Shown here in pieces: positions 38,821 to 48,168 of a stretch of 58,368 nucleotides of DNA. Source of the stretch: Fibrobacterota bacterium (GTDB lineage: Bacteria; Fibrobacterota; Fibrobacteria; UBA11236). Position 1 is the stretch's first letter. Each line of letters opens with the position of its first letter. Where the stretch lies: the NCBI GenBank assembly GCA_043753995.1, contig JAYUVP010000043.1, forward strand, positions 1-58,368, read 5' to 3'. The position numbers were made by a program, and so were the translations under genes. A model generated the notes under the pieces. The model did no database searches, was not told the origin of the DNA, and was given only the letters and a program-made list of their open reading frames with translations.

Positions 38821-39513
38821 TCAATCCTGCATGTCAACGACTTCAGCCGAGGCAGGAGGCTCAAAGCGAAAGCGGCTGCTGGGGATGCCCGCCTTGGGTT
38901 TGAGAACCTTCAATTCATAGCGGGTGCGAACACCATTGGCGTCTAAGGTTTCCACCGACTCCAATTTGCGGCGTTTGGGATCAATACGAACGGAAAGACT
39001 GTCCATTTGACCCGCATGCAGGGCAGGCGCGAGGCGCAGACGCACCTGGGTTTTCTCTTGCACCTTGAGGGTATCGCAACTGAGCGGCGTCGACGCCAAT
39101 AATTCGAAAAGAATGCGTCCGGGCAAGGCGCGGCCGGCCAAATCCTGGGCACTGCGCTTCAGTGCCTGCTTGGTGCGCGGATGATATTCCCAAAACGTGA
39201 TACCGTCGCAGGCATAGGTACCTGTTGGAATTTCTAAGCGAAAGCGCAAGGAATCGCCGACCCAAAGAGAACCGACGTAACGTTCCGGTGACTCTGCATC
39301 AGGCATTTGCACCGAGGCTGCGAAACTCAATTCCAAATCCTTGCCTTCGCGAAAAGGAGCGGCCACTTCCTTCATCCAATTCTGCGCATCGACTAAGGAA
39401 GCCGCCGCTGGATTGGCCGGAGCCGCGATAACGGAAATGGCTGAGCCCGAACTCAAAATCCACAGGGTGACTAGAAGGGCGATTTGCGATTGCAGGGAAG
39501 TGGTGAGGAACAT
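38821..39513 (-). CDS. lolA: Outer-membrane lipoprotein carrier LolA-like
   Basis: Signal peptide; FRLE...CDGITFWEY..., FRFEPP..AEVVD. Confidence 0.75.
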   Translation of the reverse strand: MFLTTSLQSQIALLVTLWILSSGSAISVIAAPANPAAASLVDAQNWMKEVAAPFREGKDLELSFAASVQMPDAESPERYVGSLWVGDSLRFRLEIPTGTYACDGITFWEYHPRTKQALKRSAQDLAGRALPGRILFELLASTPLSCDTLKVQEKTQVRLRLAPALHAGQMDSLSVRIDPKRRKLESVETLDANGVRTRYELKVLKPKAGIPSSRFRFEPPASAEVVDMQD

Positions 39514-39635
39514 TAGACCTCAATTTCCAAAATTCTCGGCGAATCCGTTAACCTTTGGCCCGCCAACCTAAATCCAAGCTCGAAGGTGGCAAGGTTATTT
39601 GCGCTGAAGACCTTAGTTGCTAAGTTGAATCACCT

Positions 39636-40565
39636 ATGGAGAACGTCGCGCCCCAAGACGAACGCTCCCTGATCCTGAAGCGCATCGAAGATATCGGAAA
39701 TCGCGATGTCGATGCAGGGGATGCGTCCAAGCAATTGCATCAGTATTTGAGTTCGCCGGATGGCGAAGTCGCCTTGGCGGCATTGCAGGCGACTTGGAAT
39801 TATGTCAAGGACGAGCCTTTGTTTCGCACCATTTTGGAAATGGCGAAGGCGCACAAGGACGAAGAAGTTCGCGGCATGGCCAATAGCTGCCTCGGAGCTC
39901 TACTCCGCGAAGGCCTCGACTACGAGGACGATCTCCCCGAAGATTGGCATCCGACCCCACCTCAAATCTCAGTCGAATTCTATCGCGAAGTCAAAACCCA
40001 TCTTCTCGATCGCGTCGACGCGCTCATGGAAAGTATGGAAGTGCGTCGACGCTGCGTAGAGGCCTTGGGTTATTTGACCTATAAGCCGGAAATCCGGGAC
40101 CTCGTTTTGCGCTATTATCACCAGGCTCCCAATCCCTGGGTGCGCGTCAGCGCGCTATTCGCCATGGGCTTGCACCGCGATCCCATTTTTGAAAGATTGG
40201 TTCTTGAAGAGCTCTATTCCGGAAATGAAAATATTCTGATGGAAGCTGTGCATGCCGTCGGCAGCCTCGAATTGCATGCCGCCGAATCGCGCCTGGTGGA
40301 ATTGGCCCTCTCGGCGAATTCGGAATTACGCTACGAAGCCATCGTCGCCCTCGGCATGGCTGGCTTGCCCAGCCGGTTGCCCGAAGTTCTGAAAGCCCTG
40401 GAGACTCGCTTCGAGGACAAAGAAACCCGCGAAGCCGTGAATGTGGCCCGCAAAGCCTTGGAGCAAAGGGCTAAGCTGAATGCGGGGGAAACTTTATGGG
40501 ATGATGGCATCATCCTCGGCGAAATCGAAGACATGATAGCCGATGCCACCGGCGGGAATGAGTGA
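39636..40565 (+). CDS. HEAT-repeat protein
   Basis: Repeated EVR..A..ALG helical units. Confidence 0.8.
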   Translation: MENVAPQDERSLILKRIEDIGNRDVDAGDASKQLHQYLSSPDGEVALAALQATWNYVKDEPLFRTILEMAKAHKDEEVRGMANSCLGALLREGLDYEDDLPEDWHPTPPQISVEFYREVKTHLLDRVDALMESMEVRRRCVEALGYLTYKPEIRDLVLRYYHQAPNPWVRVSALFAMGLHRDPIFERLVLEELYSGNENILMEAVHAVGSLELHAAESRLVELALSANSELRYEAIVALGMAGLPSRLPEVLKALETRFEDKETREAVNVARKALEQRAKLNAGETLWDDGIILGEIEDMIADATGGNE

Positions 40566-41983
40566 ATACAGCCAGCCTTCCATTAGCCTTTCATCAAGCC
40601 CATATTTCCGGGATCGCTGGCACGGGCATGTCGGCCCTCGCCGAATGGATGCTACGACGAGGCTATGTCATTAGTGGTTCGGACCGTAGCTTTGATCGCG
40701 GTTTAGAAGTCTCAAAACGCCAACACTTTGAAACTCTGGGGGCCAAGCTTTTTGCCCAGGATGGCAGCGCCATGGCGAAGGCTTCTTGCCTAGTCGTTTC
40801 TACCGCCATTGAAAACAGCAATCCCGAAGTGCAGGCGGCGCGAGAACGCAATCTGCCGGTTTTCCATCGCGCCGATTTACTCCAAGCTATTGCCGCCGGC
40901 CACCAAACCGTCGCTATCTCCGGAACCTCCGGTAAAAGCACGGTGACCGGCATGGCTTTTCACATCCTAGAAGCAGGCGGATTGCAGCCCTCCCTCATCA
41001 CGGGCGCAAATCTCCCCAGCGTGGCTGCACGAGGCATGCTGGGCAATGCCTGGGCGGGCGAAGGTGAATGGCTGGTGATGGAAGCCGATGAAAGTGATGG
41101 GACTTTGGTGCGCTATCATCCTCGCATCGGCGCCATTCTCAATATCGAAAAAGATCACAAGGAAATTGCCGAGCTCTTGCCGCTTTTCACCACCTTTCGC
41201 GATCAAGTAACAGGTACGGTTTTATTCGGCGGCGACGATGCCATGGCCTGCACCTTATTGCGCCCTCAGGACGCCGGCTTCGATGGCAAGGGTATTTACC
41301 TTGCGGGCCGTCACTTCGCCCTGACCCAGGTCGTGAACCGCGATTGGGACAGCTCCTTTTGCCTGGACAACATCGATTTCGTGGTGCCTCTCCCCGGTCG
41401 TCATAATGTGGCCAATGCCTTGGCCGCCATCGCCATCGGACTTGCCGCCGGGGTGGATTTAGAAGCTGCGGCGAAAGGCTTAACGGCCTTTCAGGGTGTC
41501 GAAAGGCGGCATGTACGCGTCGCCGACATTAACGGAATCACGGTCGTAGATGATTTTGCTCACAATCCCGCCAAGGTCAAGGCCTGTTTGCAAGCCATTA
41601 AGGCTTTATCCGGTGGCGGCAGGCGGGTTCTGGCGATTTTCCATCCTCATGGCTTTGCCCCGATGAAATTGGTCGGTCACGACATCATGGAGGCCGCGGC
41701 TTCGGTTTTAAGCGAATCGGACCGTTTTTTTCTGCCCGATATTTTTTATGCCGGGGGTACGGCGGATACGTCCATCAGCTCCGCCGATTTGGCAGCCGAT
41801 TTAAACCGCCTCAAACCCATTGGCGTTTATCTGCCCAAAAAGGCCGAAGTCATGCAGGTCATAGCCCAAATGGCGCAATCAGGGGACATTGTCGTCAGCA
41901 TGGGTGCCCGCGACCCCAGCCTAGGCGCTTTTGCCCAAGGACTGGCTCAAGAAATTAAGGCCCGATTTCCTAAGTCCGATTGA
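40562..41983 (+). CDS. murC: UDP-N-acetylmuramate--L-alanine ligase-like Mur ligase
   Basis: GIAGTGMSALA, GSD, GTSGKST, EADESDG, DDFAHNP; could be a MurC/Mpl paralog. Confidence 0.8.
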   Translation: MNTASLPLAFHQAHISGIAGTGMSALAEWMLRRGYVISGSDRSFDRGLEVSKRQHFETLGAKLFAQDGSAMAKASCLVVSTAIENSNPEVQAARERNLPVFHRADLLQAIAAGHQTVAISGTSGKSTVTGMAFHILEAGGLQPSLITGANLPSVAARGMLGNAWAGEGEWLVMEADESDGTLVRYHPRIGAILNIEKDHKEIAELLPLFTTFRDQVTGTVLFGGDDAMACTLLRPQDAGFDGKGIYLAGRHFALTQVVNRDWDSSFCLDNIDFVVPLPGRHNVANALAAIAIGLAAGVDLEAAAKGLTAFQGVERRHVRVADINGITVVDDFAHNPAKVKACLQAIKALSGGGRRVLAIFHPHGFAPMKLVGHDIMEAAASVLSESDRFFLPDIFYAGGTADTSISSADLAADLNRLKPIGVYLPKKAEVMQVIAQMAQSGDIVVSMGARDPSLGAFAQGLAQEIKARFPKSD

Positions 41984-42045
41984 CAGAAGTCCATAAAGAA
42001 GCCAAATTTGCGCTCCCTAGAAAATTCGGTCTGGAAGAGGTAGGC

Positions 42046-42141
42046 ATGCCCTGCGGAAAAAAACGTAAGCGGAAGAAGATGGCGACTCACAAGCGTAAGA
42101 AGCGCCGTCGTCTCAACCGCCACAAGAAGAAGCTCGTCTAA
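42046..42141 (+). CDS. Small basic protein, bS22/AURKAIP1-COX24 family (MPCGKKRKRKKMATHKRKKRRRLNRHKKKLV)
   Basis: Manual translation; SD GAGG; matches the family pattern; below the ORF-track cutoff. Confidence 0.9.
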   Translation: MPCGKKRKRKKMATHKRKKRRRLNRHKKKLV

Positions 42142-42240
42142 TCGCGAGGGCGAAAGCCCTCATCACGGTTTCGGCTGCAATGAAATTCAAATCAGGTTTC
42201 ATTCATTTCGACAATCGTCGGCACGGGTTGGAATAAACTC

Positions 42241-44493
42241 GTGAAAGCTTCTCCAAACTCGGACCTAGGTCCGAATCCATCCTTGAATTCGCCATCAGCC
42301 CCGTCCTCGCAGGATGGGGCTTTTTCCGTTTCCTCGACTTGGCTCATTCGCTCGGTTGTGAAAACCGTCACCTTCCACAATGGCGACAATGGCTATAGCG
42401 TCCTCAAGGTGCAAGCCAGCGGAGCGGGTCAAGTCCAAACCATAGTGGGCACCTTTCCTCGTTTGACTCCAGGCGAAGTGCTTGACATCGAAGGCGAATG
42501 GGTCAAGCACGAGACTTTCGGCGAACAATTCAAGGCCACGAATTACCGAATTGTGCCACCGGATGGCCGTGAGGCCATGGAGCGTTATCTCGGCGGTGGT
42601 GCCATCAAGGGTCTGGGACCGGTTTTGGCCAAACGTCTGGTGGCGACTTTTGGCGACGACACTTTCAAGGTTTTGGATGAAGAGCCCGAACGCCTGGATG
42701 TCATACCGCAATTGCGTGGCCGTAAAAAGCAAAAGGTGCTGGCGGCATGGCGTGACAGTCGATCCTTGCGCGATGTTTTGCTTTTCTTGCAAGCGCATCA
42801 CCTGACTCTCGGACTGAGCCATCGCATCGTCAAGCATTATGGCGCGAACGCTCTCGAAGTCATCAAGCGCAATCCCTATCAATTGGCAGACGATGTTTGG
42901 GGCATTGGCTTTTTGAAGGCCGACGATGTGGGCCGCAAATTGGGTTTTCCTGCCGACAGCTATGAAAGACTGCGAGCCGGTTTGCTTTTCGCCTTGAATC
43001 GCGCCGGTGATGACGGGCATGTCTTTTTGCCGCGCGCCGATTTGCTGGCTAAGGCGGAAGAATTGCTTCACGCTCCTCAAGAGCGATTGATTTTCTCACT
43101 CGATAATTTGCGCGAAATCGAAGCCGTCAAGTTGGATGAAGCTGCCAATGTGTTTTTACCCTGGCTCTGGCATAGCGAACGCGGCATTGCGCGTCGCATG
43201 GCCTTGCTTTTAGGAACGCCAACGAAATTGCAGGTTTCTCTCGTCAGTGAAGCCATTGCGGCGGTAGAGAAGCGCGTTGGCAAAGGCTTTGTCTTCAGCG
43301 AAGAACAGCGCCAGGGCATACACCAAGCCGTGACTCAAGGCGCATTTTTACTCACCGGGGGTCCGGGCACCGGCAAAACCACCACGGTGCAAGGCATACT
43401 CGAAGCCCTGAAAAATGCTGGGCTGACCTTGGCGCTTTGCGCGCCGACGGGCCGGGCTGCCAAGCGCCTCTCCGAAGTGACGGGCGTACCCGCTTCGACC
43501 ATCCATCGATTGCTCAAATTCGATCCCAGCGCCGGCGGTTTTCAACTCGATGAAAAAACACCCTTAGCCGTGGACGCCCTCATTGTCGATGAGCTATCGA
43601 TGATAGACACGTCCTTGATGTTCAATCTGCTCAAGGCGATCAAACCGGGTACGCGCCTCATTCTCGTAGGCGATCCCGATCAATTGCCTTCGGTAGGCCC
43701 CGGCAAAGTTTTAGGCGAGCTCATCGCCAGCGGAGAAGTGCCTCATCTGCATCTCTCGAAAGTGTTTCGCCAAGCCCAGGCCTCGCGGATTATCGTCAAT
43801 GCCCATCGCATCAATCAGGGAGAGTCACCCGATGTCAGCGAAGGCGGAAATTTTCATTTCGTCGCCCGCGAAGAGAACGAGAATGTGCTGAAAGCGGCCG
43901 TGGAAATGGCCGCTGAGCGCTTGCCGCGCCGATTCGGCTACAATCCTCTGGGAGACGTGCAAGTACTCACACCCATGAATCAAGGCCCGCTTGGCACCTT
44001 GGCCTTGAATCAAGCCCTGCAAGACAAATTGAATCCTTCCAAGCGCGAGCTCTTGCATAAGGATCGCCGCTTTCGCTTGGGCGACAAAGTCATGCAGCTC
44101 AAAAACAATTATGATAAGAATGTCTTCAATGGCGATATCGGCCGTGTCAGCGGGCTATGGGTGCCTGAGCGTAAATTGACCGTCGATTTTGAAGGCGAAA
44201 CCGTGAACTATGAAGGCGAGGAGCTCGATCAATTGCAGCTGGCCTATGCGGTTTCGATTCACAAAAGCCAGGGCAGCGAATTCAAGGCCGTGGTCTTGGT
44301 TTTGGCCAAGGCCCACTATGTCATGCTGCAACGCAATTTGCTTTATACCGCCATCACCCGCGCGCGCGAACAATGCGTGGTGGTCGGCCAGTGGACCGCC
44401 ATCGGCCAATCAGTGCGCAATAATCCCGCAGTGAAACGCAATACGCTATTGGCTGAGGCCCTGAAGCAAGAAGGCCTGGGCTTCGCTTTTTAA
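42241..44493 (+). CDS. recD2: RecD2 (RecD/TraA-like) helicase; true start uncertain, possibly GTG 42358
   Basis: TFHNGDNGYSVLK, GIGFLKAD, GGPGTGKTT, APTGRAA, VGDPDQL, HKSQGSE, LLYTAITR. Confidence 0.93.
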   Translation: MKASPNSDLGPNPSLNSPSAPSSQDGAFSVSSTWLIRSVVKTVTFHNGDNGYSVLKVQASGAGQVQTIVGTFPRLTPGEVLDIEGEWVKHETFGEQFKATNYRIVPPDGREAMERYLGGGAIKGLGPVLAKRLVATFGDDTFKVLDEEPERLDVIPQLRGRKKQKVLAAWRDSRSLRDVLLFLQAHHLTLGLSHRIVKHYGANALEVIKRNPYQLADDVWGIGFLKADDVGRKLGFPADSYERLRAGLLFALNRAGDDGHVFLPRADLLAKAEELLHAPQERLIFSLDNLREIEAVKLDEAANVFLPWLWHSERGIARRMALLLGTPTKLQVSLVSEAIAAVEKRVGKGFVFSEEQRQGIHQAVTQGAFLLTGGPGTGKTTTVQGILEALKNAGLTLALCAPTGRAAKRLSEVTGVPASTIHRLLKFDPSAGGFQLDEKTPLAVDALIVDELSMIDTSLMFNLLKAIKPGTRLILVGDPDQLPSVGPGKVLGELIASGEVPHLHLSKVFRQAQASRIIVNAHRINQGESPDVSEGGNFHFVAREENENVLKAAVEMAAERLPRRFGYNPLGDVQVLTPMNQGPLGTLALNQALQDKLNPSKRELLHKDRRFRLGDKVMQLKNNYDKNVFNGDIGRVSGLWVPERKLTVDFEGETVNYEGEELDQLQLAYAVSIHKSQGSEFKAVVLVLAKAHYVMLQRNLLYTAITRAREQCVVVGQWTAIGQSVRNNPAVKRNTLLAEALKQEGLGFAF
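42297..42325 (+). terminator. Intrinsic terminator-like hairpin in front of the recD2 homologous region
   Basis: AGCCCCGTCCT-cgc-AGGATGGGGCT followed by TTTT. Confidence 0.7.
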
Positions 44494-44512
44494 TAGCTGG
44501 GTCTGGCTGGGA

Positions 44513-44914
44513 TTAAATCGACTCCAGCCACTTCAGCCCATCCTCGGGATTGGTGAAAAGTTTCACGGTCAAACCGGCCTTTGCATATTCTTCTGAATGC
44601 CGTTTTACCGTCAACTGGCCGACGATTTTCTCGGGAAGCACTAGCGCCCAATACTTCCAACCGACCTTCATCATGCGCGCAAACCAATCTTCCTTGGCCC
44701 ACTTTTCCACTTCGGTAGGGAGGGCGCCATTGTTGCGATCGTCGGAAAGCCACTTGACCGATTTTTGGAGCTTGGTGGTTTCATAACCCTTGTCCAAGAG
44801 TGCCTTGAAATCGTCACCCTTGATCCACTTCTTGATTTTATGATGGACAATTTTCTTTTCGGTATGAAACCACAAGGATGAAAATTCATTGTCGAGAAGC
44901 ATATTCGCCGGCAT
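44513..44914 (-). CDS. Hypothetical STAS/SEC14 (SpoIIAA-like) domain protein
   Basis: KWLSDDR...DWF..GWKYWALV...F.....LKWL pattern; SD GGGAGAGG before ATG 44914. Confidence 0.7.
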   Translation of the reverse strand: MPANMLLDNEFSSLWFHTEKKIVHHKIKKWIKGDDFKALLDKGYETTKLQKSVKWLSDDRNNGALPTEVEKWAKEDWFARMMKVGWKYWALVLPEKIVGQLTVKRHSEEYAKAGLTVKLFTNPEDGLKWLESI

Positions 44915-45059
44915 GAAAAAACCTCTCCCATCCCTGAGCCAGAACAGGCTCATTTCTGTCGATTTTATCCCGGGACGCCGGTTAAGTCAATCTGGAGAAA
45001 CCGTATTGTTACCATTTTGCACATATTGCAGGGCAGCTCAACTACCTAAAACCGCGGCT

Positions 45060-46805
45060 ATGGCAAACAGACTTTCTGGCTTCGAATCCCCCGGCGATGC
45101 GGATTTGCAAAAAATCCTGGGACCTTTTTATTCCAGCCTCAATCTTTCGGCTCAGACTCTTCCTTTAGGCACGCCTCAAATAACCGAGACGAAAAAAGCC
45201 GTAGGTGGAGGTGCCGGTGGAAAAGCAAAACCTGGAAAGCCCAATTCAACCGCTGAGAGCCAATCGAAGATCGATAAAGAATTCGAAGCACCGGAAACGC
45301 CTCTCGAAAAGGTGGCCGATCCCGAACCTCCGAAAAAAGAAAAGGTGATTTTGAGCAATCCCCAATGGGGCATGCCCAAACCCGGGTTCAATGAAGAGAC
45401 ACCCATTTCGGTCGATGTTTTTCTGCCCAAAGAGAATGCCATTAAAACCAGGGTCACCTTCGAACTTTTCGCCAAAACTCCGAAAGGAGAGGAGCGGATT
45501 TGTAGCGGAGAAGCACATGCCAAAGAGGGCAAGGCCACTTGTTCGATTCCGGTTTATATCCCGGCTTACAAGGATGAAAACGGCAAGCGGCTGCAAAAGG
45601 TGGAGTATTTCTTCATCGCTAAGCATTCCGAAGCCGAGCCCCTAGATGGTTCGAAAGCGCCTAAAATGGTCGATGAGATGGCCGAGCGGGTGCTGGAAAC
45701 ACACATTATTCAGAATGTCACATTCGTCACGGGAAAAAGTTTTATTCGCGCCTCCGAGGCTACCGACCTGAAGGCTTTGGGGCAAGCCGTGAAGGATTGG
45801 AAGGGAAAACATCCCGATGGCAAGCTGGCAGTATTCGGCCATGCCGATGCGGTCGGAGAGGAGTTGAGTAATAAGTCCTTGTCCGAGCGGCGAGCGAAGT
45901 CTATTCATGCCTACCTGGCAAAAGATCCCAAGCCCTGGGAGGAGCTTTATGGCGAGGAGAAGTGGGGCTTAGCGAGTGTTCAGGAATTGCTGAAGCATTT
46001 GGGGCATGATCCTGGAACCATCGACGGCCAGGATGGCCCCAAGACGCAAGGGGCGGTGAAGGACTTTCAAGGAAAGAAGGGATTGGGGGCAACGGGCAGC
46101 GCGGATGCGAAGACGCGGGAGGCGCTGTTCCTGGCTTACTTCGAAGGCGCAGGGTCGCCCAGCAGTACGGCGAAAGATTTTGATGCCATTGACGGCAAGG
46201 CCTTCACGGGTTGCAGCGAATTCAATTTGATTGAGAACGCGCAAGGGGCATGCGAAACGAATCGACGCGTCGCGGTTTTGCTCTTGAAGGTGAGCAAGAA
46301 CTTTCCCATCGAGTATCCGTGTAAGCAGGGAGCGATTCAGCCTTGTCAAAGCCAGGCCGGGCTAAAGGGTGAGCGAAGGACGCCAGGGTTTCGGTGCAAG
46401 TTTTACGACGAGTTGGTGGTGGAAGGGAAGGGCAAGAAAAACGAAAACGGCGAACTTCCCGACTACGATCCTGGAACCGCCCCGGCATCTGATCCGGGAT
46501 GCGGAGGCGAATACGCTACCCCAGGAGCTCCAGGGTCGGCCCGTCGGCTGGAAATCGTCGTCCACACGGACAATGATACAGAGGACGACCAGGCCTTTGA
46601 GTTCCACCTGAACTCGACAAGTTCCTCGTATACGGGTGTCTGCAAAATCACCGTCCCCAAGGGAGCGGGACCGGGAGAGACTCGCATCGCCTTTGACGAT
46701 GCCCCTTCCGGAGAATCCTTCCGCCTCGAAGCTGCGATACAAAGCAAGGAACCGTATCTGGTGGCCGACGACTGGGCGCCCGAAGCAGGAGCTTCGCATG
46801 CGTGA
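45060..46805 (+). CDS. OmpA-C-like protein with nested peptidoglycan-binding domain; no signal peptide
   Basis: FGHADAVG...NKSLSERRA and NRRV flank VQELLKHLGHDPGTIDGQDGPKTQGAVKDFQ; start ATG 45060. Confidence 0.85.
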   Translation: MANRLSGFESPGDADLQKILGPFYSSLNLSAQTLPLGTPQITETKKAVGGGAGGKAKPGKPNSTAESQSKIDKEFEAPETPLEKVADPEPPKKEKVILSNPQWGMPKPGFNEETPISVDVFLPKENAIKTRVTFELFAKTPKGEERICSGEAHAKEGKATCSIPVYIPAYKDENGKRLQKVEYFFIAKHSEAEPLDGSKAPKMVDEMAERVLETHIIQNVTFVTGKSFIRASEATDLKALGQAVKDWKGKHPDGKLAVFGHADAVGEELSNKSLSERRAKSIHAYLAKDPKPWEELYGEEKWGLASVQELLKHLGHDPGTIDGQDGPKTQGAVKDFQGKKGLGATGSADAKTREALFLAYFEGAGSPSSTAKDFDAIDGKAFTGCSEFNLIENAQGACETNRRVAVLLLKVSKNFPIEYPCKQGAIQPCQSQAGLKGERRTPGFRCKFYDELVVEGKGKKNENGELPDYDPGTAPASDPGCGGEYATPGAPGSARRLEIVVHTDNDTEDDQAFEFHLNSTSSSYTGVCKITVPKGAGPGETRIAFDDAPSGESFRLEAAIQSKEPYLVADDWAPEAGASHA

Positions 46806-48168
46806 CTTCCCTTATACGGTTAAGGCCGGCGACTCCTTCTCCAAGATTGCCCGCCTCCGCTACGGAGCCGAAAAAGCGTTTCTGTCGCTGGCCTCCTACA
46901 ATAAGATTGACCCCAAGTCGACGCTTTCCGTTGGACAGAAACTAAAACTCCCCGAGACCCTTCTTTACAACGACGTGGACGTTCCCAGCAATTCGGTGGT
47001 GGTCCGGCAGGCCAATGTGATTCTGCCCGAGGTTGCCGAGCATATAGCTGGGCCGACCACCATCAAGATCGGGGATAAGGCGGAATACGCCATTGATCGG
47101 TTCAAGGCCGGAGCGACCGACGACGACAAAGCCAATTCCGGTTGGAAGATTGAGGTCTTCTTCAAAGACGGCACCAAGAAGGAAACCTTGGAGCCAGAGA
47201 AGACTAAGCCTTCCTTCGTCACCAACACCCCGTCCAAATTGACAATCGACAAAGTGCCTGGATCTTGGGCAAACGGTTCGTTTCAAGTCTTCCCCGTGGT
47301 TCGCAAGGCCGATACTGCGGTCTCCGTCAAGACAAGCGTGACCATGAAGCCGGTAGAATTGTCTCGCTCCAAGCAGCGGCCTGGGCACTTCTCACGCACG
47401 TCGGGTAGCTTCACCGATGTCGCGGACGATATGACGGTCAGCGATTACACTGTGGCCCGGTACAAGAGGATCAACCTCTTCACCGCCGCTGACGACTTAC
47501 CGGCGATTCCCTCCATTCCGACCCCATTCGGTCCGACGCCAGCCCGAGCCGAAGGACTGCTACTTCGTACCGACACCGAACTCTTCGATGAGATGGAGTT
47601 CATGTGCACCACTTACTTCTCCACAAGCCCCTTGCAAGCCGTTGTGCTATCGATCATCCGCAAATTCAAGGACAAAGGTCCTATCCGGGCCGGGGCCCAG
47701 AATACCAGGGCCGATGCCTTCACCGATCCGGTGCTGACCAAGGCGGCGCTAGACCACCACTCGATGAAGGATTTCATTGCCAAGGCGAAAGAGCAGTCAG
47801 TCGACGCTATCCGAATAGCGAATCTTGACCCATTGGATGTAAAGCCTTTTACCATCTCACCTCAACCACTCTTCCACGACACTGCGGACATCATCAACGG
47901 GCTGACCATCACCATCAACGACACCTGGGCTTACGACGTAGACTTGATCGACTACCAACTTCTGGACGCCAAGAAATTTAAGGGAAAGATCCGTATCACG
48001 GTATACGACCACTTCGGCCTCGACCAGCCCGACCTGGACGCCAACCTCTTCAAGCCATTCGGTGTAGTCGACGGCTTCCGCGCCTGGTTCATACTTGAGC
48101 ATCTTCGCGGCTACATACCCTTCTGGACAGTCATAGAAACCGAAGCGGAGATCGAGGGGAGTCTGTGA
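46798..48168 (+). CDS. LysM + DUF3289-like C-terminal domain protein (putative toxin/effector)
   Basis: YTVKAGDSFSKIA...LSVGQKLKLP LysM; GLTITINDTWAY...YDHFGLD...GFRAWFILEH..GY.PF; ATG 46798 with SD AGGAG. Confidence 0.8.
   Translation: MRDFPYTVKAGDSFSKIARLRYGAEKAFLSLASYNKIDPKSTLSVGQKLKLPETLLYNDVDVPSNSVVVRQANVILPEVAEHIAGPTTIKIGDKAEYAIDRFKAGATDDDKANSGWKIEVFFKDGTKKETLEPEKTKPSFVTNTPSKLTIDKVPGSWANGSFQVFPVVRKADTAVSVKTSVTMKPVELSRSKQRPGHFSRTSGSFTDVADDMTVSDYTVARYKRINLFTAADDLPAIPSIPTPFGPTPARAEGLLLRTDTELFDEMEFMCTTYFSTSPLQAVVLSIIRKFKDKGPIRAGAQNTRADAFTDPVLTKAALDHHSMKDFIAKAKEQSVDAIRIANLDPLDVKPFTISPQPLFHDTADIINGLTITINDTWAYDVDLIDYQLLDAKKFKGKIRITVYDHFGLDQPDLDANLFKPFGVVDGFRAWFILEHLRGYIPFWTVIETEAEIEGSL

Noticed and set aside
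42232..42294. Loose resemblance to a tmRNA/tRNA 3' end (…TCGGAC…CGAATCC…GCCA)
   Set aside because: No GGTTCRA T-loop, no matching acceptor stem or GGGG 5' end, no tag ORF
46636..46797. Extended N-terminus of the LysM protein as in the ORF track
   Set aside because: Overlaps the upstream CDS; ATG 46798 has an SD and LysM begins right there
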